Origin: a virus
Strand: one strand, 5' to 3'
IMG/VR virus record: IMGVR_UViG_3300031992_000005
Span: 192,001-256,000 of that record
Length of the DNA stretch: 64,000 bases
How positions within the stretch are numbered: position 1 is the first letter of the stretch; each line of letters starts with the position of its first letter. The notes beneath the pieces are model-generated. The model was given only the letters and a program-made list of their open reading frames with translations, was not told where the DNA came from and ran no database searches. Below, piece after piece: positions 53,366 through 61,396 of the stretch. A program made the translations under genes and the position numbers.

Positions 53366-55597
53366 ATGAATGTGTGTAAAATTAATGATAAAATGACAAA
53401 AAAGGAAAAAGTTATCAAATTATCGAGAGCCTTAGAACAACTTAAACAAGAGTTCGTAGGACTCGATTCTATTATTGATGAAATAGGAAAAAGTATTTCA
53501 ATCTGGTATATCACACCAGAACTCCTAACAAGACCTGCAGTTGTATCTCTTTGGGGAATGACAGGTACAGGAAAAAGCAGTGTGGTTAGGAGATTGATAG
53601 AGATACTAGATCTGAGGGGAACTTCTGCATTTCTCGATTGTGGAGAATACCTAGCTGAAGGAAAGAATATGGCTTCAGACCTATGTGATATGCTTAGCAT
53701 CTCAGAAGAATCTCTAGACTCTAAGGTAGATATACCAACGGATACCATAATAGCACTTGATGAATTTCAGTATGCTAGAACACTAAATGAAGCCGGAGAA
53801 GAGGTAACTAAAGCAACTCTCCGACCAATTTGGAGTTTGATTGATACTGGAATAATTTCAATCAATGAGTATTATTCTTGGGGATTCTCTAATGCTTCTG
53901 CCTTTATAGATGATTTTTCTATGTTTGTAAAAATGAAACCTGATGCAAAGATAGAGAAGAATTGTCTTACACAAAAAGAAGATGTAAGAATTCTGCTTGA
54001 GACATTAGGCCTTATCTACTATAATAATAGATACCTACAAACTATAAAGGACGGAACAGCTAACTCTGAGGTAGCGAAGTTAATCGAGGGTATGGATCTC
54101 GAAGAGGAAAAGCCTATATCATCTATGGAAGATGAACTCCTGGGCAATAACAATGCAGATAAGGATGATCCGTATCGGCCAATAAATGTTCTCTTAGATG
54201 AACATATTAGGTCTATTATCAAGAGACTCACAAACTGTAAGAGAACAGATCTTGCAAAAGAATTACTGACTTGTAGTTTTACTGCTGAAGAGTATCTTGA
54301 AAAACTTCAAGCAATAAAGAAATTAATATCAGTTCCTAGAGAGCTTAATCTTAGTAAGTCATTAATATTTATTATCGGAAACTTGGATGAAGCTTTTGGA
54401 ATTCAGGGAAAAACAAATCCTGACTTTGATGCTGATGTTTTTAATGAAATAACTAATGAAGTCAGTATTCAAGATATAAAATCTGCACTGAAGGATAGAT
54501 TTAGAGCAGAACAAATTGCTAGACTTGGCAATAATCTCATTAAATACCCAACACTACGAAGAGAGCATTTCCAGATCATTATTGAAAGAGAAGTGAACAG
54601 ACTGGTTAATGAATTTATGAGAATATCTCCAGGAATGATAAATTCAATAGAGATTGATCAAAAATTCTACGAACTTCTCTATTCAGAGGGTGTTTATCCT
54701 GTTCAGGGAGTTAGACCTGTATTTACAACAATAAATTCAATGATAACTCCAATCTTCAGTACAATCTTAATTGAAAAAGAAGATGAAGAAAAGGATATAA
54801 CAATAAGTGTTAAAGAAGATTTGTTTAATGTAGATAAGGTAACTATCTCCGTTAAGTTCTCTGGGAAACAGGATAGGGTTGTAGAATTTCCTTTAGCCTT
54901 ACAATTAGGATCACTTAGAAATCCTAAGAATAGAAATACTAGATTTGCAGCAGGTATCCACGAAGCAGGTCATGCAGTAGTATTCTCTTATCTAACAGGA
55001 GAACTACCTAAAGTGATTAACGCCATCTCCGTAGATGGTGGAGGATTCTGTACAACATATAGGAAAGATAAGGTTAGAAATAGAGAAGATGTGGACAATG
55101 ATGTAATGATAAGTATGGCTGGATTCTTGTCTGAATCACACTTCTTTAGCCAAAGTAAAATCCTATTAGGTAGTAAGTCTGATATTAATCAGTATTGGGA
55201 TTATTTCAAGACTGCTGTAGGGAAATGTGGATACTTCGAACCTGTACCATTTACCTTATATGAAGCTGATTCTTCTAGTGAGATACCGGATGGTGGTTTT
55301 GATATTACAAAGACACATGTACGATATTTTAATGGCCATGAAACTACTAGTGAATTATTGACAGTAGAACAAGCCATGATTAGAAGAATACAGGATCTAC
55401 AGAGAGATACTGAAGCCATAATAGCAAAAGAGGAAAGACTTATTAAGGAAGTTGGTATTAGATTAGGTGAAAAGGGAATTATTAGACCCGATGAATTCCT
55501 AAGCTTAGTGAAGGAATTTGGAGTAGGGATAGATATTTCAACAAAAAAGAAAGAAATGTCTAATAACTACTACGAAAATAAATTGAAAGGTCTATGA
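53366..55597 (+). CDS. soluble AAA+ ATPase fused to M41 (FtsH-like) zinc metalloprotease
   Basis: Walker A WGMTGTGKSS and Walker B IIALDEFQ. C-terminus AAGIHEAGHAVVF (HExxH), ..MAGFLSE.., GSKSDINQ, as in the FtsH protease domain. No hydrophobic N-terminal segments. Confidence 0.7.
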   Translation: MNVCKINDKMTKKEKVIKLSRALEQLKQEFVGLDSIIDEIGKSISIWYITPELLTRPAVVSLWGMTGTGKSSVVRRLIEILDLRGTSAFLDCGEYLAEGKNMASDLCDMLSISEESLDSKVDIPTDTIIALDEFQYARTLNEAGEEVTKATLRPIWSLIDTGIISINEYYSWGFSNASAFIDDFSMFVKMKPDAKIEKNCLTQKEDVRILLETLGLIYYNNRYLQTIKDGTANSEVAKLIEGMDLEEEKPISSMEDELLGNNNADKDDPYRPINVLLDEHIRSIIKRLTNCKRTDLAKELLTCSFTAEEYLEKLQAIKKLISVPRELNLSKSLIFIIGNLDEAFGIQGKTNPDFDADVFNEITNEVSIQDIKSALKDRFRAEQIARLGNNLIKYPTLRREHFQIIIEREVNRLVNEFMRISPGMINSIEIDQKFYELLYSEGVYPVQGVRPVFTTINSMITPIFSTILIEKEDEEKDITISVKEDLFNVDKVTISVKFSGKQDRVVEFPLALQLGSLRNPKNRNTRFAAGIHEAGHAVVFSYLTGELPKVINAISVDGGGFCTTYRKDKVRNREDVDNDVMISMAGFLSESHFFSQSKILLGSKSDINQYWDYFKTAVGKCGYFEPVPFTLYEADSSSEIPDGGFDITKTHVRYFNGHETTSELLTVEQAMIRRIQDLQRDTEAIIAKEERLIKEVGIRLGEKGIIRPDEFLSLVKEFGVGIDISTKKKEMSNNYYENKLKGL

Positions 55598-55604
55598 AAA
55601 TCTC

Positions 55605-55736
55605 AAAAGGCCTTAAAACCTTATATGTAGAGAAGCAAAACAAAAGATAATTTCCCGCTCTCTATATATTCAACGAGAGCTCCCTAAAATAAAGAATGAG
55701 TTTACAATACATTAGGGAGCTTTCTCTTTTTTTTTT
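55605..55736 (+). ncRNA. ORF-less promoter-to-terminator unit, long form (about 105 nt transcript)
   Basis: AAAAGGCCTTAAAACCTTATATGTAG, then helices GCTCTC/GAGAGC and GAGCTCCCTA/TAGGGAGCT, then T10. Confidence 0.45.
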
Positions 55737-55738
55737 CT

Positions 55739-55842
55739 AAAAACCCCTTAATGCCTTATATATGATTAGTAAACGCTTTATGACAAAACAACATCAGTCA
55801 ATAGGAGATCACCTGTGATAGGCATATCTCCTATTTTTTTTT
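55739..55842 (+). ncRNA. ORF-less promoter-to-terminator unit (sRNA candidate)
   Basis: AACCCCTTAATGCCTTATATATG, then 39 nt, then GGAGATCACCTGTGATAGGCATATCTCC, then T9. Confidence 0.45.
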
Positions 55843-55943
55843 CATCCCCTTAATGCCTTATATATGTAAATTTTCCATATTAAAATTGTTATTTGTTAAT
55901 AGGGAAGGGATCGGTCCGTGAGGGATAGATCCCTAATTTTTTT
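55843..55943 (+). ncRNA. ORF-less promoter-to-terminator unit (sRNA candidate)
   Basis: CATCCCCTTAATGCCTTATATATG, then 41 nt, then GGGATCGGTCCGTGAGGGATAGATCCC, then T-run. Confidence 0.45.
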
Positions 55944-56046
55944 ATCCCTTTAAACCCTTATATATATAAGATACTCATAATAGATTTGTTTAAGGTTAAA
56001 AATTTTTTGGAGGATCGCCTGTGATAGGTATATCCTCTTTTTTTTT
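55944..56046 (+). ncRNA. ORF-less promoter-to-terminator unit (sRNA candidate)
   Basis: ATCCCTTTAAACCCTTATATATATAAG, then about 38 nt, then GGAGGATCGCCTGTGATAGGTATATCCTC, then T9. Confidence 0.45.
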
Positions 56047-56143
56047 ATACCCCTTAAATGCCTTATATATGTTAATAAATCAGTTATTTTTATTATATTA
56101 GTTAAACAAGGGGTCAGTCCGTGATGGATAGACCCTTTTTTTT
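56047..56143 (+). ncRNA. ORF-less promoter-to-terminator unit (sRNA candidate)
   Basis: ATACCCCTTAAATGCCTTATATATG, then 38 nt, then GGGGTCAGTCCGTGATGGATAGACCC, then T8. Confidence 0.45.
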
Positions 56144-56234
56144 ATTCCTCTTAAATCCTTATTAAGGAATACTCTCATTTTTAAGTTTAGTTATTAGGGG
56201 ATTAGTCCGGGATGGATAGATCTCCTATTTTTTT
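56144..56234 (+). ncRNA. ORF-less promoter-to-terminator unit (sRNA candidate)
   Basis: ATTCCTCTTAAATCCTTATTAAGG, then about 29 nt, then GGGGATTAGTCCGGGATGGATAGATCTCC, then T7. Confidence 0.4.
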
Positions 56235-56316
56235 ATTCACTATGTCACATGTTAGTAATTTAGTTTGACGAGAGAGGTCAGAGTCTGAGATAGATATAGG
56301 CCTCTTATTTTTTTTT
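56235..56316 (+). ncRNA. degenerate unit (hairpin plus T-run, no clear promoter motif)
   Basis: AGAGGTCAGAGTCTGAGATAGATATAGGCCTCT followed by T9. Confidence 0.3.
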
Positions 56317-56428
56317 GGTTTTTACTATATAAGTATCAGTAGTATCCTATTTCCATAAAAATATTAGGTAAATGCGAATAATTCCCGATAAATAGACAGT
56401 TCTAGACAATAGAAGTATAATGAAATTA

Positions 56429-56463
56429 GCTTTTTGCCAAAAAAGCCGTTGAGAGATCTCTAG
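56429..56463. repeat. inverted repeat, left arm (about 35 bp)
   Basis: GCTTTTTGCCAAAAAAGCCGTTGAGAGATCTCTAG. The reverse complement recurs at 57048..57083 with about 4 mismatches. Confidence 0.8.
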
Positions 56464-56640
56464 AAAATATATATTATATGTTTTAAGATTTTTAGCCAAA
56501 AAAATAATATAAAATTGGAAAATTCTATTGAATATTTAATAGAATTAACCATAGAAATATTATAAAATTTCTATATTTTTTATTTTTCAAAAATCGATAG
56601 CCATAAAAATATATTAAAAATATTATAAAAATTATAATAT
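56464..56640 (+). repeat. direct repeat copy 1 (about 175 bp, AT-rich, 3 iterons)
   Basis: ..ATATATTATATGTTTTAAGATTTTTAGCCAAAAAAATAA.., ..AACCATAGAAATAT.., ..AAAATCGATAGCCATAAAAATAT.. are collinear with copy 2. Confidence 0.7.
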
Positions 56641-56653
56641 AAGCATTCCATAG

Positions 56654-56827
56654 GGATCTCTCCTTTCAGTCAAGATCCACTCCAGCTAAAGCTGGGGAGT
56701 ACTAATTGAAAGAGATTAGAATTTCTTCAAGTTCTTAGAGAGAAAAAATATATAATATCTTCTCTTAGTAATTCCCAGGAATCCCAAAGGGATTTCTGAA
56801 CTGGATGCCGACTGAAAGGAGGTATCC
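56654..56827 (+). other. central structured element between the direct repeats
   Basis: Closing helix GGATCTCTCCTTTCAGTC / GACTGAAAGGAGGTATCC. Internal hairpins CTCCAGC taaa GCTGGGG and GAATCCC aaa GGGATTT. Higher GC than the flanks. Confidence 0.45.
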
Positions 56828-56867
56828 GTTGTATGTATGATATATTTAATATAAAATCAATAAAAGC

Positions 56868-57047
56868 TAAAAATATATTATATATAGTTTTAAGATTTTT
56901 AGCCATAAGAATGAATAGGAATTGAAGAAATTTACCGTATATTTGTATATTTCAGCCATAGAAATAAATAGAAATTACTATGTTTTTTATATCTTAAAAA
57001 ATCGATAGCCATAAAAATAAATAGATTTTATTAATAGTTTTCAATAT
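56868..57047 (+). repeat. direct repeat copy 2 (about 180 bp, AT-rich, 3 iterons)
   Basis: ..ATATATTATATATAGTTTTAAGATTTTTAGCCATAAGAATGA.., ..CAGCCATAGAAATAA.., ..AAAATCGATAGCCATAAAAATAA... Confidence 0.7.
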
Positions 57048-57083
57048 CTCCAGAGATCTCTGAACGGCTTTTTTTCAAAAAGC
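57048..57083. repeat. inverted repeat, right arm
   Basis: CTCCAGAGATCTCTGAACGGCTTTTTTTCAAAAAGC. Confidence 0.8.
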
Positions 57084-57155
57084 AGTATTTTTGGAGTTCA
57101 TGGGAAGTATATCCCTTAATTATATAATACTTCAATAAAAATTAATTTAATAGTT

Positions 57156-59264
57156 ATGAAAATCGAAACATTAGTAGTTCCAAAAGGAATTAGATTTCTC
57201 AGTGATTGGAAAGATTATGGTTTAGAAAAATTTCCATTCAAGCATATTTTAAATAAAACAATTACAGGTTGTGGATTTACAGAATACTGTATTCACTGTA
57301 ACCTTAATATTATTCTCTGTTCTCCAAGAAAAATTCTATTAGAGAATAAAGAAGATCAAAATAGTAATTTAGTTTTTTATGCTAGAAATTTATATGAACC
57401 TATAACAAATTATGAACAAGATCTAACAAAAGAAGTAAAAAGATTAGGTTCTATAAATGGAAACTATAATTTCGAAACAGAAGAGAAAAAGAAAGAGAGG
57501 CTAGAGAAAGAAAAGAAACTTAAAGAAAAGAGAGAAGCTGCAGTATTACAATTAAAAGAATCTGTAGTAAACTATTGGAGATCTTGTCAAGAAACTCCTT
57601 TCAATGAAGCCAAACCTTGTAAGATATTGGTAACATATGATTCCTTCAGACATGTCAAGGAAGCCTTAGGAGAAGATATAGAAAAATTCTACATTGTAGT
57701 TGACGAAATGCAGTCAATTTTGGTTGACTCACGCTTCAAGTCAGACTCTGAAGTAGAGTTCGTGAAAAGAACCGAAGACCTAGAAAAGGTTTGTTTTGTT
57801 TCAGCTACGCCAGTTATGGAAAAATATCTAGATATGCTAGATGAATTCAAAGATCTTCCTTATTATAGATTAGACTGGCAGTTAGAACAACCCGATAGGG
57901 TAGTTCATCCTAAAATTAATATTGGATACTTAGGTTATGGCGGGTCTATTCAAGCAGAGATAAAGAAATTAATTAACAAATATAGATCTGATAAGGGACC
58001 CGTTTATAGAAAAGTTGACCCAATAACAGGAGAAATAAAAGAGATAAAGTCTAGGGAAGTGGTTATTTATGTAAATTCTGTGAAAGATATATGTAAAGCC
58101 ATTAAGCAAAATAAACTGACCTTAGATGAATGTAACGTACTTGTAGCTAAGACAGATAAAAATGATAAAGACCTACGAAAAGTATTTAAAATAAGAAAGA
58201 AAAAGAATATTGATTTTTGTTGTATAGGTAAAGTTCCCGGTAAAAATGATCCCAGAAAAATGTTTACATTCTGTACTAGAACTGTATACCTTGGTGCAGA
58301 TTTTTACTCAGATAATGCTCAGACGTTTGTATTTAGTAACGCTAACATAGATTCCCTAAGTGTAGATATTTCTATGGATTTACCACAAATCTTAGGCAGA
58401 CAAAGATTAGATGAAAATCCGTGGAAAAGAGAAGCCACTGTATTTATCACTCTAAAATTAGGTAGATTAACTAAAGAAATGTTTGAGAAGACCTTAGAGC
58501 AAAAAATAAAAACAACGAAGTATTATTTGAAGCTTTATAACATGTCTTCCCAAGAACTAGGTGAGGAGGAAAAATTTATAAGACTCATTAAAGTAAATAT
58601 AAAAGCTTTATATTATTCACAAGACTATGTTTCCATAGATAATCATTCCGGTAAATCACCTAAACTGGCATTTAATAACTTAGTATTAATTTCTGATATG
58701 AGAGCTTTTGAAGTTCAACAAATGAATTATGCTAATAGGTTTACAGTATTCTCTGAACTAAATCAGCAAAATTTTTCAGTAATATTAAATAACGATAAGG
58801 TCAGAGATTTATTATCCGGTTATCAAAAGCTAACTGTATTTGAAGATAGAATGAAGTTTCTTTATGAAGTACTAGAGAAAAATAAAGATAATAAAGAATT
58901 ATCAAAGTCTCTTGTAGAATCTTTTCCAACCGAACTTCAAGGTTATTTTAATGTCCTTAGCATGAAAGAAATTAGGTCAACTTCCTTTAGAAAAAATAGA
59001 TTAGAAACTATTATTAAGAACAAATTAGCTATCAAAGATGCAGAACGACTAGTAAAAAAATTAGATGAAAACTTTGTTATAGGTAAATTTTATACGAAGG
59101 CTATAGCAAGAGAAATTCTTGGGAAAATATTCGATGAGATTGGATATAAGAAAAAAGCAAGGGCATCAATGCTAAGTGAGTGGTATAATATAAAATACAC
59201 GACTCAATATGATAGCAATTCAAAGACATCTGTTTCAGGAATTTTAATCATTTCTAAGCTTTAA
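57156..59264 (+). CDS. SF2 helicase-like protein with degenerate Walker A
   Basis: 702 aa. ITGCGFTEY sits where GxGKT is expected. YIVVDEMQS is DExQ-like and CFVSATP is motif III-like. Confidence 0.45.
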   Translation: MKIETLVVPKGIRFLSDWKDYGLEKFPFKHILNKTITGCGFTEYCIHCNLNIILCSPRKILLENKEDQNSNLVFYARNLYEPITNYEQDLTKEVKRLGSINGNYNFETEEKKKERLEKEKKLKEKREAAVLQLKESVVNYWRSCQETPFNEAKPCKILVTYDSFRHVKEALGEDIEKFYIVVDEMQSILVDSRFKSDSEVEFVKRTEDLEKVCFVSATPVMEKYLDMLDEFKDLPYYRLDWQLEQPDRVVHPKINIGYLGYGGSIQAEIKKLINKYRSDKGPVYRKVDPITGEIKEIKSREVVIYVNSVKDICKAIKQNKLTLDECNVLVAKTDKNDKDLRKVFKIRKKKNIDFCCIGKVPGKNDPRKMFTFCTRTVYLGADFYSDNAQTFVFSNANIDSLSVDISMDLPQILGRQRLDENPWKREATVFITLKLGRLTKEMFEKTLEQKIKTTKYYLKLYNMSSQELGEEEKFIRLIKVNIKALYYSQDYVSIDNHSGKSPKLAFNNLVLISDMRAFEVQQMNYANRFTVFSELNQQNFSVILNNDKVRDLLSGYQKLTVFEDRMKFLYEVLEKNKDNKELSKSLVESFPTELQGYFNVLSMKEIRSTSFRKNRLETIIKNKLAIKDAERLVKKLDENFVIGKFYTKAIAREILGKIFDEIGYKKKARASMLSEWYNIKYTTQYDSNSKTSVSGILIISKL

Positions 59265-59265
59265 A

Positions 59266-59294
59266 GTAACCCCCTAAGTGGGGTTACATTTTTT
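59266..59294 (+). terminator. intrinsic terminator
   Basis: GTAACCCC ctaagt GGGGTTAC followed by T6. Confidence 0.7.
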
Positions 59295-59346
59295 GTCGCA
59301 AAAGCCAACATTTTTAACGGAATGGGTTATCAAAAGGACAACATAA

Positions 59347-59368
59347 CTATACGAATGCCTTATTAATG
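59347..59368 (+). promoter_or_regulatory. promoter motif (class 1 variant) with about 295-nt leader
   Basis: CTATACGAATGCCTTATTAATG. The downstream leader contains the helix GTCCAATGCAGTAAT (59428-59442) / ATTACTGTATTGGCC (59491-59505). Confidence 0.4.
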
Positions 59369-59662
59369 AATAACAAGAGTTTATTTTCGTTTGGCGACTT
59401 AAACTTTATATAGATTTTCAGGGGAGTGTCCAATGCAGTAATTTTTTGTGGCATTATCGTTGAGGTTGGTTACCGCAAGATTTCCCGACTATTACTGTAT
59501 TGGCCTCTTTTGCCTGAACTAAATAAGATCAATTATATGATATTATTCCGAACTTCGACAATTTTATAGAAAATTCAGATATAAAACTGGAGTAATTGCG
59601 TCCATAGAAAATAACTCAATAGTAGATAAGCATTTATTGTGATAATTTAACAGATACTTCAT

Positions 59663-60145
59663 ATGTTTATACTTAGAATAAAAGAATTTACCTTTCGTGA
59701 AAATATGGATGAAGTTATACAATTGACTCCTAAGATTAAATTAGTAAAGAGCAGTATAGGGAGACTAGGCAAAATATTACGATACATTCCTTCTATTAGA
59801 CGAGATCAGGATGCCTTTGTTAATTATGACATCTTCTATTCGGGAAGAGAAAAGTCCATTGGTTTTATTCAGGTAGTAGATAATGGTAATCTTGAACTAA
59901 ATGTTGTACATATGGCCGTAGATGAAGATTTCCGTGGTCAAGGTATTGCTACTAAAATAATGGAAACTATCATAGCTTTTGGGAAAAAGTTAGGATATAA
60001 ATGTATCACTTTAGAGGCTGCAGATAATTCACCGGATGGAATCCATATTTATAGAAAATTAGGATTTAAAGACTTAGGTCACGTAGTATTAAAGGATGAT
60101 TTCCTTTGGGGCGGAGGTTATACAAAAATGAAATTAGACTTATGA
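59663..60145 (+). CDS. GNAT-family N-acetyltransferase
   Basis: VDEDFRGQGIATKIME is motif A (R/Q-x-x-G-x-G/A). YRKLGF follows downstream. Confidence 0.7.
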   Translation: MFILRIKEFTFRENMDEVIQLTPKIKLVKSSIGRLGKILRYIPSIRRDQDAFVNYDIFYSGREKSIGFIQVVDNGNLELNVVHMAVDEDFRGQGIATKIMETIIAFGKKLGYKCITLEAADNSPDGIHIYRKLGFKDLGHVVLKDDFLWGGGYTKMKLDL

Positions 60146-60273
60146 TAATCAAAAGAAAAAAGAAAACAACTGTAGACAAACACAGCTTAAGACAGGAGCA
60201 ATATGAGGAAAAGAAGGCTCCTGGTTTTCTTTCAACCTCAGAAACTAAGACAGTTACCTCACATTGGCCATGA
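60142..60273 (+). CDS. hypothetical small basic protein (43 aa, not in ORF track)
   Basis: ATGA overlaps at both ends, with the GNAT stop and with the next gene's ATG 60270 (MIIKRKKKTTVDKH..). Confidence 0.35.
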   Translation: MIIKRKKKTTVDKHSLRQEQYEEKKAPGFLSTSETKTVTSHWP

Positions 60274-61355
60274 TAATTCTAAGACAGAAAGAATATACTA
60301 GAGCTGAAAGAGAGGCACTAAAAGAGCTTTTACTTAAGACAAGAGGTTTTCAAAGATTACCTAACGGTGCTAAGATGACTGCTAGAGATGTAAACAGGTT
60401 TAATTATTTAGCAACAAGCGCACAACTTTGGACTAAAGGATATAAACCTGAATTAATTAAACTCAAGGGCCCAATTAAAAATGCAAAAACTTTTTTAGAA
60501 CATGCAGATCTAGGTAAATCTTCTAAGGAACTGGAACATGTAGTTAATAAATATTCTAATAAGAGAGCACTTGCCAGATGGCAAAGACTTATGAGGCGAA
60601 AAACTGAGTCTGAAAGAATAGAAAAAATGGTTCCTCTAAAAAAGATGAGAAAGGTAGAAAATTATGTTTCTGCAGATGCAAACGATTGTGCTAAATATGC
60701 GTCGTCAAAAATTAATATAAAAAGAGGGGAAGGTAATTTAATGTCATCTTTAGCAAAAGATGCTAAGAAGTATAATATTCCTATTATCCATTCCAAAGAT
60801 GGTGCAGGATATAGTTATCATCAACCGTTAAAAAAGACACGTAAGAGCGGGGTAGATAGTAAAGTTATTGAAAGTGCTTTTATATCAGATTCTAAAAAAG
60901 GATTTTCTAAAAAACAGGCCAAAAAATTAAAGTCTTTGGCGATAAATAATAATATTGAGGGTGCTATTGTTTTAGGGAGATCAGCCGGTCCTGGAACACT
61001 TGCACATGAGCTTGGACATCATATAACTGAGTATTTTATTCCTTCAGGTCGAAATTTAAGTCTAATAGAAGATGTTACAGATAAGTCAGCACGTACTATG
61101 GCTCGTAGACTAAAAAGGGGTGACCTTGACATAGTTAGATTAAATAGAAAATCTAAAAAAATCGGGAATGCACTCAATAATGTAGCTAATGAAAATAGTG
61201 CCACTTCTTATGGCTTAGCCAGATTAAAGAAACATGGTGCTACTCCAGAACAATTAGAAGAGTTTAGAAAAATGTTAGGTTCTAACGGAGCTTTAGGAAG
61301 TTACATAAATATTAATAGGGCAGACGTTTTTAAAACGTACGGTTCTAAGATATGA
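60270..61355 (+). CDS. HExxH zinc-metalloprotease-motif protein
   Basis: GPGTLAHELGHHITE. The ORF track start 60264 is TTG and the first ATG is 60270. Confidence 0.5.
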   Translation: MIILRQKEYTRAEREALKELLLKTRGFQRLPNGAKMTARDVNRFNYLATSAQLWTKGYKPELIKLKGPIKNAKTFLEHADLGKSSKELEHVVNKYSNKRALARWQRLMRRKTESERIEKMVPLKKMRKVENYVSADANDCAKYASSKINIKRGEGNLMSSLAKDAKKYNIPIIHSKDGAGYSYHQPLKKTRKSGVDSKVIESAFISDSKKGFSKKQAKKLKSLAINNNIEGAIVLGRSAGPGTLAHELGHHITEYFIPSGRNLSLIEDVTDKSARTMARRLKRGDLDIVRLNRKSKKIGNALNNVANENSATSYGLARLKKHGATPEQLEEFRKMLGSNGALGSYININRADVFKTYGSKI

Positions 61356-61396
61356 TTATATCAATATAAAAGAATATATTTGATTTAAATTTACAT

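Noticed and set aside
53356-53748. 130-aa ORF on the - strand.
   Set aside because: It lies entirely antisense to the 5' end of the AAA-M41 gene, which has clear Walker motifs. Its composition is typical of an antisense shadow ORF.
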